From an uncultured Chitinophaga sp. (GTDB taxonomy: Bacteria > Bacteroidota > Bacteroidia > Chitinophagales > Chitinophagaceae), in the NCBI GenBank assembly GCA_964409055.1, contig CAYPBW010000001.1:9354-73353 (forward strand): 64,000 nt of DNA. The letters run 5' to 3'. Shown here piece by piece: positions 37,489 through 45,520 of the stretch (its first letter is position 1; the number at the start of each line of letters is the position of its first letter). The translations under genes were made by a program, and so were the position numbers. Below the pieces are notes generated by a model. It saw only the letters and a program-made list of their open reading frames with translations, did not search any database and was not told the origin of the DNA.

Positions 37489-38493
37489 TTATTTCTTTTT
37501 TGCGAGTTCTTCTTTTTGGGCAATGATAGGTTTATAAGGTCCATATTTATGCTGGTTTTCTGAAAATCCATCTGCATAGGGGCCAAACGGATGATCAAAT
37601 GGTTTTTTGGAAATATCCGGCCAGTCATTGCTTAAATCTTTTCCAGGCCTGGGCTGACTATTTACATAAGCTGCCACATCCCAGGCTTCTTCTGTTGTAA
37701 GCTTTGGATTATCATGTGTGGCTTGTTTAAAGGGCATATTACTTTTTACATAACCAGCAAAATTGCTCAGGCGAAACAGACCCGCACCATCATTGTAACT
37801 ATGTTCTCCCCAAAGTGGAGGATATTCATAGCTAACGCCATTCAGAGTGAGCTGCCCCTCGCCGTTTGCTCCGTGACAACTTTGGCACTGTGCAGTGTAC
37901 ACTGCCTTCCCTTTTACCGGATCAGCAGCCCTGTCCAGATAGTTTAATTTAGCAATACCGCTTCCCACAGGTCGTTCTCCCTTCTTAACATCCTTACCCA
38001 ACCATTTGATATAAGCATAAATGGCCTGGTACTCCCTGCTGTTGCTATCGGGAGCACTACCATTCAGGCTTCGTTCAAAACAATCGCCTACTCTCTTATA
38101 AATACTTTCCATACTGCCACTCCTGTCCCGGAACCTTGGATAGGTAGAATAAACAGCGCTGTAATTGTTTCCCCATGTTTTCTTTCCGGCATTGAGGTGA
38201 CAGTTCTGGCAATTCATTCCATTGGTAATAGCAGCAACAGAGCCATGAGGTCCGAAATACCGGGCTGTATTTACAATGATATCTTCACCATAAATAACCT
38301 GTTCTCTTTCTTCTCCCTGCAATTCATTATCAGTAAACAGGCTGGGGGTTACCCAACTGCTGTCTGTAGTTGCAGTTACAAGAGATTTTTTTTCGGATGG
38401 TTTTAACGCTTTTGTAATTTCAATTAAAGCAACTATCCCAACTGCGGCGGCAATAATGACTACCTGCCAGTTTGATCTGATGGTGTTCCACAT
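37489..38493 (-). CDS. Membrane-anchored diheme c-type cytochrome, TsdA (thiosulfate dehydrogenase)/SoxA-like
   Basis: ATG at 38493 (MWNTIRSNWQVVIIAAAVG..., signal anchor). Two CxxCH motifs (CQNCH, CQSCH). A conserved Cys in RVGDCFERSLNG sits between the hemes, where TsdA carries its heme-ligating Cys. SNMPF lies near the C-terminus. Confidence 0.65.
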   Translation of the reverse strand: MWNTIRSNWQVVIIAAAVGIVALIEITKALKPSEKKSLVTATTDSSWVTPSLFTDNELQGEEREQVIYGEDIIVNTARYFGPHGSVAAITNGMNCQNCHLNAGKKTWGNNYSAVYSTYPRFRDRSGSMESIYKRVGDCFERSLNGSAPDSNSREYQAIYAYIKWLGKDVKKGERPVGSGIAKLNYLDRAADPVKGKAVYTAQCQSCHGANGEGQLTLNGVSYEYPPLWGEHSYNDGAGLFRLSNFAGYVKSNMPFKQATHDNPKLTTEEAWDVAAYVNSQPRPGKDLSNDWPDISKKPFDHPFGPYADGFSENQHKYGPYKPIIAQKEELAKKK

Positions 38494-38503
38494 AATTTTT
38501 AGC

Positions 38504-40198
38504 TTATCTGAATTCGTAAGTTGTTCCTTGTAGTTGTGTAAGCAGTGTATGTGGTTGGTCGGTTGCGGTAGCCCGCATTTCCAGTTTTGGTGAAACCGGT
38601 GAGTGTACCTCCAGGTATTCTTCAATAACTGTGTGCATCAATACACCTAGTTTTTTTGGATTTTTTACTTTTTCCATACGGCAAAGTGTATCGTCCGGAT
38701 CGCCTTCTCTTTCACAGGCAACGATGCTGTATTCTTTATCAAGGTTCAGCGGTTCTCCTTTTATCTTCACCCAGTTTACTCTTTTTCCAAACTCATTATC
38801 AATAGTAAAATTCACTTCCATGCCTGCGAATCGCACAAACCAGCCGCCAAAGCGTTTCGACGGATCTTTGGCAAATGCGTTTTGTAATTCTTTTTCCAGC
38901 CAGTCCCAAACCTGCCTGCCGGTAACTGTCCCTGTCTTTGCTTCGCTATCAACAGGCAGCATGTTCCATAAAAACTCTTTGGTGATTTCAGCTTTCCCGG
39001 TTTTTGGATCTACTGCTAATGGTTGACAGAAACGGAAGCCATTGCTTAACGCAATATCTGTTTTGAATTTCCAGTGTATAGCATCAGTAATCAGGTTATC
39101 CATTGGTGTTTCCATTACAAAATATCTTACCAGCGGGGTAGTGGTGGTTCCAATTACTTTGGATAATTGCTGTTTATACGGCGCAGCTGCTTTATCTATC
39201 TGAGCCTGCAATTTTTTATCAGCAGGGTACTTGGCGGGGTCTACATCAAGTAACTGGTATTTGTAACTCTTCATTTTTCCATTTTCCACTTCAATATCCA
39301 GTTTACCAAGAAATGAACCAAAAGCACCGCATTCAACTACTTTGGTGTATTTGCCTTCAATAGGAACTCTTACTCTTTCATGTGTATCTGCACCCAAAAT
39401 GAAATCTGCGCCTGCCACTGCTGAGTTGTTTGCCAGTCCTACTTGTTGCGCCAGGCCCATATGCGTAACAATGAAAATAATTCCGCAGCCTTCCACTTCC
39501 TTTAGCAGTTTAATGTATTTAGCCACATTAAAATCAGCATGTTCAAATCGAATTCCTTCGCTGTAAGCCGGAGACTGACGTTTAGGTATCAGGTGGTCGG
39601 TATAGCCAATGAAACCAACTTTGGCTCCGGCAATATACTTTACCCAATAGGGCGGGTAAATCAATTCGCCATTATCTGTATCGTTAGTTTTATGCCACAT
39701 ATTGGCACAAATCTTTGCTGCCGTGGCATGTCCCATATCATAAAGCATTTTCTTTTTCTTATAGACCACTTCCCAATTGCCCGGAAGAATGAGATCATAA
39801 TTAAAATCGTTGAGCAGGGGTATCAATGCTTCACCTTCTGTCAGTGATGCTACGGCACTTCCATGGAAATAGTCGCCCCCATCCAACAATAGGGTGTTGG
39901 ATGGATTTTGCCTGCGAAAATGATTGATCATGGTTTTTAATACTGCTAACCCGCCTCTCTTTCTGTACACTGCTTTCCCGTTTTCCCAGAAAAATTCATC
40001 GTGGGTATGAAGCTGGGCATGAATATCGGAGGTATAAAGTATTGTAAACCTGCCTGGTGTTCCAGTCTCAGTTTTATTATTTAGCTGTTCTGTAGCAGCT
40101 ATAGCTACTGAACCAAGGGTAGTACCCATGCCTGCCAATGCAGCTTTTTTCAAAAAATCCCGGCGGGAATTAGAATCCATGTTTTTCAATGAAGACAT
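38504..40198 (-). CDS. Tat-exported dinuclear metallophosphoesterase/5'-nucleotidase-fold protein, divergent SoxB-like
   Basis: ATG at 40198. Twin-arginine signal SRRDFLKKAALAGMG. Motifs TSDIHAQ, DGGDYFHGS, GNWE (not the GNHE of UshA type), and C-terminal FGGWFVRFAGMEV...GKRVNWVKIKGEPL. Confidence 0.65.
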   Translation of the reverse strand: MSSLKNMDSNSRRDFLKKAALAGMGTTLGSVAIAATEQLNNKTETGTPGRFTILYTSDIHAQLHTHDEFFWENGKAVYRKRGGLAVLKTMINHFRRQNPSNTLLLDGGDYFHGSAVASLTEGEALIPLLNDFNYDLILPGNWEVVYKKKKMLYDMGHATAAKICANMWHKTNDTDNGELIYPPYWVKYIAGAKVGFIGYTDHLIPKRQSPAYSEGIRFEHADFNVAKYIKLLKEVEGCGIIFIVTHMGLAQQVGLANNSAVAGADFILGADTHERVRVPIEGKYTKVVECGAFGSFLGKLDIEVENGKMKSYKYQLLDVDPAKYPADKKLQAQIDKAAAPYKQQLSKVIGTTTTPLVRYFVMETPMDNLITDAIHWKFKTDIALSNGFRFCQPLAVDPKTGKAEITKEFLWNMLPVDSEAKTGTVTGRQVWDWLEKELQNAFAKDPSKRFGGWFVRFAGMEVNFTIDNEFGKRVNWVKIKGEPLNLDKEYSIVACEREGDPDDTLCRMEKVKNPKKLGVLMHTVIEEYLEVHSPVSPKLEMRATATDQPHTLLTQLQGTTYEFR

Positions 40199-40231
40199 CG
40201 GCAATCGTTTTAGGTGAAAAATTACAAGAAT

Positions 40232-40276
40232 TAAAAATGCTTTCTTTAAGCAACCCGGTTCGTGACTACAGTCACA
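40232..40276 (-). promoter_or_regulatory. P9: CRP-type box plus weak -7-like element (soxB-like / tsdA-like operon)
   Basis: The box CGTGACTACAGTCACA (40261-40276) is followed 21 nt downstream by CATTTTTA (40232-40239, minus strand). Confidence 0.55.
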
Positions 40277-40295
40277 TTTCCCCTTTTAATATTTC

Positions 40296-41714
40296 TTAAA
40301 ACTGGTAATTTAAAACAATGTTCCAAAGACTCATATCTGCTTTATTGATAACGTATTTGTCGTTTCCGTAACTACTGCCTGTTTTTCCTTTATAAACATA
40401 CAGCAGTTGCGTTTCCAGACCCTTTAATATACCGCCAAATTTATAGCGGGCATCAATATTCAACTGGTTATATGAGGGCATTCCATATTTATTGAACCTG
40501 AAATCCGTTACATCCGGCAACTCATAATGCCCGAAGGCTATTGAAGTTGTGATCCTGGCCTTCGGTATTTTGTAATTGACTTTGCCCACCACAGCATGTG
40601 CATCTCCCAGCCCTTCATTTCTTTCTCTCGGTAAAAAGGTGAAGAAAGGATCCCGGCCCCATTCTCTCGGCATAAGGTATCTTCCTTGAGCAGTAATACG
40701 GTTATAGTTCAGGCTTGTTTCCCATTTTTCATACTTCCATCCCAGCCTGGTTCCGAAAGTTATTGCCCTGGCACCCTTTTCAACATAGGCTTTTGAAGGA
40801 TCATTATTGCCACCATCCTTTACTGCATCCTGCCTTATAAACTGTGCCGCTGCAAAAAGCTTTGAATTTTTGGATATCGGATATTCATAATCTGCCTGCA
40901 GCATAGCACTGTTAAAGATATTTTCTGTGTATTGGTTCCAAAACTGGAGTTTTAACTGGTCATTTATTTGGGTAGTAATGCCGGCCAGAAAAATTCCTTT
41001 GCTTTCCAGGTTTCCGGCATATTCAGATTTTATACCCTCATCATTTACCCCCACAGGATATACCCCGATAGACTCTGCTACGTTAAACCACTTAACTGTA
41101 CTTCTGGGCGAAATGCCGTATAAATATCCAAACTGCAACCTGAGTTTTTTTATAGAGTTCATTTCTGTCCAGATACCTTCCACTTCTGTCGGCCTCATCC
41201 GGCCATCCTGCAGGTTAATAAAAGGAGTATTGATCAGTTGTTTACCAAGGGTAATGTGATTGTTACTAAAGTGATACTTGATATATAATTCTTCCAAGCG
41301 GTCAATATCTTTTTTATTAGCAGGGTCTTCAATATCGAACAACCCCGTTTCGTACCTGTTCATTTGTTTGGTTTTGGAATCAGGCACGGAAAGGTCGGAG
41401 GAGCCAATATTATAAACAAAAAATCCGCTCACCCCCACCTGGAAATTCTTAAACCTGCCTGTTTCAAATTTTATTCCGCCTCCCACTGCGTTGGCATAAT
41501 AATCTGTCAGTCCCTCTTTATTATCTGTTGCCATAAAATAATACCGGAAATGGCCACTGAATGTGCCCTTTCTGAATGCGGATAAAATCGAAGTGGAATC
41601 AGCTTCGCTCTCTTTTTCCTTCCATAAACCCGGTTTCTCATTTATCTCCTGGTGCTGTGTATATCCTGGAAGTGAAATCACTATTGCAGTGATGAGTATG
41701 AGAATCTTCTTCAT
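40296..41714 (-). CDS. Outer-membrane beta-barrel porin (OprD-like)
   Basis: 472 aa with a signal peptide, alternating beta-strand pattern throughout, and a C-terminal ...VLNYQF aromatic terminus. Confidence 0.65.
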   Translation of the reverse strand: MKKILILITAIVISLPGYTQHQEINEKPGLWKEKESEADSTSILSAFRKGTFSGHFRYYFMATDNKEGLTDYYANAVGGGIKFETGRFKNFQVGVSGFFVYNIGSSDLSVPDSKTKQMNRYETGLFDIEDPANKKDIDRLEELYIKYHFSNNHITLGKQLINTPFINLQDGRMRPTEVEGIWTEMNSIKKLRLQFGYLYGISPRSTVKWFNVAESIGVYPVGVNDEGIKSEYAGNLESKGIFLAGITTQINDQLKLQFWNQYTENIFNSAMLQADYEYPISKNSKLFAAAQFIRQDAVKDGGNNDPSKAYVEKGARAITFGTRLGWKYEKWETSLNYNRITAQGRYLMPREWGRDPFFTFLPRERNEGLGDAHAVVGKVNYKIPKARITTSIAFGHYELPDVTDFRFNKYGMPSYNQLNIDARYKFGGILKGLETQLLYVYKGKTGSSYGNDKYVINKADMSLWNIVLNYQF

Positions 41715-41767
41715 TACGCTGTACGCATTATGTTTTTGAATAATTGGGGAACAGTCTGTTTCTGGAA

Positions 41768-42199
41768 TCAGAAACCGGCTTTTATATAACTCCAGCCTTG
41801 TTCTTGTTTTCGTACGATTTCGCCGATTCCCATTTTTACAAAAGTGGCTTCTGCTATGATGGTCTCTTTAGGAATTTTTCGCTCCATCATGGTGTTTTCG
41901 CAGGCAATGAACGTAATACCCATTTGTTTGAAATGGCTGATCTTTTCCTGTTGCGTTGTTTTGCCTTTTGTCAGAAAATCAAGACCCGGGCCATGCGCCA
42001 CAACTTCTATTACCACACTGTCGCCCCATCCGGCTTTAAGGTGCTTCAGGTTATTCATCAACCCTTTCCATACCAATGTATCGTTACTGCTTAACTGCAT
42101 TACAATACGATGCTGTGAAACCGTTCCACTTGTGTTTTGAGCCCATCCCTGCAATGCAAATAAGGATATAATGGCAGCCAGTCTGATTCTTTTGTGCAT
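41768..42199 (-). CDS. Exported DsrE/DsrF-like family protein
   Basis: ATG at 42199 gives MHKRIRLAAIISLFALQGWAQ (Sec signal). RIVMQLSS...IEVVAHGPGLDFL...FIACENTM matches the DsrE-like fold and Cys position. Confidence 0.65.
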   Translation of the reverse strand: MHKRIRLAAIISLFALQGWAQNTSGTVSQHRIVMQLSSNDTLVWKGLMNNLKHLKAGWGDSVVIEVVAHGPGLDFLTKGKTTQQEKISHFKQMGITFIACENTMMERKIPKETIIAEATFVKMGIGEIVRKQEQGWSYIKAGF

Positions 42200-42216
42200 A
42201 GTTGTTGAATTTGGTG

Positions 42217-42639
42217 TTATTGTTCCTTTGCTCCGGTCCAATTAGTATAGCCACCATTCAGGTCATACAGTTTTGTAAAACCCATTTCTTTCATGATGCT
42301 CATGGCGTCTATACTTCTTTTTCCACTGCGGCAATAGACCAGGTATGTTTTGTTCTTGTCGAGGCTTGAAATCTGTGCTTTGAACTCTTCTTTTTTTAGC
42401 ACATCAATTTGTGTAGCATGGGGTATATGGCCAGCTTTATATTCATCTGTTGTCCTTACATCCAGCACAACGGTGTTCTTTTTCTTGCTGAGCCGTTCAA
42501 ATTTTTTCTGACTTATTGTTTTGCCTGCCGGATTATCCTGGGCTTGTGCGCAAACAGAACCACATAAGCCAGCCAGCATTAAGGCTGCAGCAATAAATAA
42601 CCAACTGATGCTTTTTATTTTTTTTAGTATAGTACTCAT
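42217..42639 (-). CDS. Exported single-domain rhodanese
   Basis: 140 aa with a signal peptide (…CGSVCAQAQD) and active loop CRSGKRS. Confidence 0.85.
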   Translation of the reverse strand: MSTILKKIKSISWLFIAAALMLAGLCGSVCAQAQDNPAGKTISQKKFERLSKKKNTVVLDVRTTDEYKAGHIPHATQIDVLKKEEFKAQISSLDKNKTYLVYCRSGKRSIDAMSIMKEMGFTKLYDLNGGYTNWTGAKEQ

Positions 42640-42947
42640 GCTATTTTAGTTATCAGACTATTCCAGGGGCCTCCGTTATAGGCCTCAATACCGGCAGATT
42701 TCAGTATGCCTTTTGCCATTCCGCTACGGGCACCGCTTCTGCATACAGTGATTACAGGTTTATTCAGCTTTTTAAGTTCAGCTATTTTAGTACGTATGCT
42801 GTCAAGCGGATAGTTTTTTGATCCGGGAATATGCCCTGATTTGTACTCACCAGCAGACCGAACATCTATTATAACAGCCCCCTTACCGATAAGCTCTTTG
42901 TAGTTGACAGAAGTTCCTCCAAATAGTTTCTTTAAAAATCCAATCAT
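42636..42947 (-). CDS. Single-domain rhodanese (cytoplasmic)
   Basis: 103 aa with active loop CRSGARS. 4-nt overlap with the next gene. Confidence 0.85.
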   Translation of the reverse strand: MIGFLKKLFGGTSVNYKELIGKGAVIIDVRSAGEYKSGHIPGSKNYPLDSIRTKIAELKKLNKPVITVCRSGARSGMAKGILKSAGIEAYNGGPWNSLITKIA

Positions 42948-42958
42948 TGTTTTTAGTA

Positions 42959-43240
42959 TTAATTTAATAAGAATTGCATATCTCCTAAACCACCGCCGTT
43001 ATATACTTCAGTAATACCATTTTGTTTCAGAATGCTTACTGCCATTCCGCTCCTGTTGCCGCTGCGGCAATAGAGCACTATAGGCGTTTTTATTTCTTTG
43101 AGTTCCTTTATCTTGTACATGACCTCTTCCAGGGGAATATTTTTGGCTCCGGGTACATGTTCCATGTCAAATTCCCACGGACTTCTTACATCGACAATTA
43201 CTGTCTCTGATTTTTTTATTATCTCTTTTAATGACTGCAT
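42959..43240 (-). CDS. Single-domain rhodanese (cytoplasmic)
   Basis: 93 aa with active loop CRSGNRS. Confidence 0.85.
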   Translation of the reverse strand: MQSLKEIIKKSETVIVDVRSPWEFDMEHVPGAKNIPLEEVMYKIKELKEIKTPIVLYCRSGNRSGMAVSILKQNGITEVYNGGGLGDMQFLLN

Positions 43241-43259
43241 TGCTTTTTTAGTTTTAAAA

Positions 43260-43286
43260 AAGCGGCTGTTGTTATGGCAGCCGCTT
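43260..43286 (-). terminator. Hairpin between prx and the rhodanese block
   Basis: aagcggctg-ttgttatgg-cagccgctt. On the minus strand it is followed by ttttttaaaac, only 21 nt before the rhodanese ATG. Confidence 0.5.
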
Positions 43287-43290
43287 GGTT

Positions 43291-43941
43291 TTATAATGTT
43301 TTTTTGGCTAAGTACCAGTCCACCTTTTCTACCGTGTCGTCAGCTAGCCTTGCTTCGTAATCAGCCAACGTTTTAGGTGGGGGTACGATTACTTTGTCAC
43401 CCGGTTCCCAGTTAAGAGGGATTGCCACTTTGTTAGCATCGCTTGTTTGCAATGCAAGCAGCACTCTTTTTATTTCATGCATATTCCTGCCAACGTTCAG
43501 CGGGTAATACATGATAAGGCGAATCGTTCCCTTAGGGTCTATAAAAAATACGGCTCTTACGGCAGCAGTTTCGCTTTCATTGGGTTGCAGCATGCCGTAT
43601 AACTTGGCTACTTTCATGTCCAGGTCGGCTATGATGGGAAATTGGAAATACACACCGGTGTTTTTTTTCACATTATCAACCCAGGCAATATGTGAATGAA
43701 CACTGTCGATACTTAACCCTATCAGTTTAGTATTATGCTTGTCAAAGAAGCTTTCCTGTTCCATTGCAAAGCCGCTCATTTCTGTTGTACATACGGGTGT
43801 GAAATCGGCAGGGTGTGAGAACAGGATCACCCAACTATCTTTTGCATAGTCTGAAAACTTGATCACTCCTTTGGTAGTAACAGCCGAGAAGTCAGGAGCT
43901 TTATCACCTATCCTTGGCATTGTTATAGTATTTGGTTCCAT
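43291..43941 (-). CDS. 1-Cys peroxiredoxin (Prx6 type)
   Basis: 216 aa with the FTPVCTTE peroxidatic Cys motif and no resolving-Cys motif. Confidence 0.9.
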   Translation of the reverse strand: MEPNTITMPRIGDKAPDFSAVTTKGVIKFSDYAKDSWVILFSHPADFTPVCTTEMSGFAMEQESFFDKHNTKLIGLSIDSVHSHIAWVDNVKKNTGVYFQFPIIADLDMKVAKLYGMLQPNESETAAVRAVFFIDPKGTIRLIMYYPLNVGRNMHEIKRVLLALQTSDANKVAIPLNWEPGDKVIVPPPKTLADYEARLADDTVEKVDWYLAKKTL

Positions 43942-43971
43942 GTTTTGATTTTTAATTGATTTTTTAATAAG

Positions 43972-43991
43972 GCCGGGGAAGATTCCCCGGC
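43972..43991 (-). other. GC-rich hairpin without U-tract between PDO-rhodanese 2 and prx
   Basis: gccgggga-agat-tccccggc forms a perfect 8-bp stem. It resembles the hairpin at 36260-36281. No T-run follows on the minus strand. Confidence 0.4.
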
Positions 43992-44023
43992 ACTTTTACC
44001 TTAACCATTAAACCAACCAACAT

Positions 44024-45442
44024 TTATAATAGTGTCGAAGGACACACATAGTCGCTTATTTTGAACTTACCACTTTCTTTCAGTGCCTTGAAACCGCTTT
44101 TTACATCAACCAGGTTGTCAAATCCCCTGGCACGGAGAATTGAGTTGAATATCATAGAGCGATAACCACCGGCACAATGAACATAATAGGTCTTTTTCTT
44201 ATCGATCTGGGCCATGCTGTCGTTGATAAAGTCAAGTGGTGCATTTTCTGCTTCTACCAGGTGTTCACTCAGGTATTCACTTTTTTTACGGACGTCAAGA
44301 ATGTTTATCTTTTCTTTCTGTGATATGTCCGCAAGTTCATCTGCAGTTACAGATTTAATCATATCAACTTCCTTTCCGGCATTTTTCCAGGCATTGAAAC
44401 CACCTTTCAGGTAACCAATGGTAAAATCATAACCGACCCTGGCTAATCTTGTTACTACTTCTTCTTCACGACCCTCGTCAGTTACAAGTAATATTTCCTG
44501 TTTGATATCGGGAATCATAGCGCCAACCCATGGGGCAAACTGGCCATCAATACCAATATTTATTGAGTTAGGAACAAAGCCCAGCGCAAATGTTTGCGGA
44601 TCTCTTGTATCCAGTACTAATGCACCGGTTTCATTGGCTGCAGTTTCAAAAGCATCCGGACTTAAGGCATGCTGACCTCTTTCGAGCACTTTATCAATAC
44701 TGTCATACCCTTGTATATTCATCATCACATTCAGCGGGAAATAAGCAGGAGGAGCAACAAGCCCTGTTGTAACTTCTTTGATGAATTCTTCTTTGGTCAT
44801 ATTTGCCCGGAGTGCATAATTTGTTTTTTTCTGATTGCCCAGTGTATCAGTTGTTTCTTTACTCATGTTTTTGCCACAGGCACTGCCAGCACCGTGGGCA
44901 GGATATACGGTAATATCATCAGCCAGTGGCATGATCTTATTTCGGAGAGAGTCAAACAAATAACCGGCTAATTTATCCTGTGTAAGGTCGGCTGCCACTT
45001 TCTGTGCAAGGTCAGGACGACCTACATCACCGATAAACAATGTATCACCGGAGAACAAACCAACATCCTTACCGTTTTCATCTTTCAGCAGGTAGCAGGT
45101 ACTTTCCATCGTATGACCGGGAGTATGCAGTACTTTCAATGTTACATTGCCTACTTTAAATTCCTGGCCATCTTCAGCAATCAGTGCATCAAAGGCAGGT
45201 TTAGCATTTGGACCGTACACAATGGGTGCGCCGGTTTTTTTGCTAAGGTCAAGGTGACCGCTGACAAAGTCGGCATGAAAGTGTGTTTCAAAAACGTACT
45301 TGATCTTTGCATTGTTACGTTCAGCCTTTTGGATATAAGGCTCTACCTCACGCAGCGGATCAATTACAACAGCTTCACCATTACTCTCGATGTAATAAGC
45401 ACCTTGTGCCAAGCAACCGGTATAAATTTGTTCTACTTTCAT
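44024..45442 (-). CDS. Persulfide dioxygenase (MBL fold) fused to two rhodanese-like domains (CstB-like), copy 2
   Basis: 472 aa, colinear with copy 1 and roughly 65-70% identical by eye, with the same ETHFHADFVSGH and HCAGGYRS motifs. Confidence 0.85.
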   Translation of the reverse strand: MKVEQIYTGCLAQGAYYIESNGEAVVIDPLREVEPYIQKAERNNAKIKYVFETHFHADFVSGHLDLSKKTGAPIVYGPNAKPAFDALIAEDGQEFKVGNVTLKVLHTPGHTMESTCYLLKDENGKDVGLFSGDTLFIGDVGRPDLAQKVAADLTQDKLAGYLFDSLRNKIMPLADDITVYPAHGAGSACGKNMSKETTDTLGNQKKTNYALRANMTKEEFIKEVTTGLVAPPAYFPLNVMMNIQGYDSIDKVLERGQHALSPDAFETAANETGALVLDTRDPQTFALGFVPNSINIGIDGQFAPWVGAMIPDIKQEILLVTDEGREEEVVTRLARVGYDFTIGYLKGGFNAWKNAGKEVDMIKSVTADELADISQKEKINILDVRKKSEYLSEHLVEAENAPLDFINDSMAQIDKKKTYYVHCAGGYRSMIFNSILRARGFDNLVDVKSGFKALKESGKFKISDYVCPSTLL

Positions 45443-45474
45443 TTGCTATATTTTTTTTGTTTTTTATTGAAGAT

Positions 45475-45519
45475 CAAATTTCGGATCTGGAAACATGCTG
45501 AACAGTGACATCAATCACA
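45475..45519 (-). promoter_or_regulatory. P10: CRP-type box plus -7-like element (PDO-rhodanese 2, probably with prx)
   Basis: The box AGTGACATCAATCACA (45504-45519) is followed 21 nt downstream by GAAATTTG (45475-45482, minus strand). The ATG is at 45442. Confidence 0.6.
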
Positions 45520-45520
45520 A

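Noticed and set aside
38504-40198. Calling this gene canonical soxB, which would imply a Sox thiosulfate-oxidation system.
   Set aside because: No soxX, soxA, soxY, soxZ or soxCD is in the window. The remembered SoxB signature blocks are only approximately matched. I therefore label it SoxB-like and flag the need for HMM and phylogenetic placement.
29765-45442. The inverted PDO paralogues as substrates for a 13-kb invertible segment.
   Set aside because: Apart from a 30-nt identical stretch at the 5' ends, the DNA sequences diverge frequently (synonymous and non-synonymous differences every few bases). No recombinase gene or inverted-repeat boundary is present.
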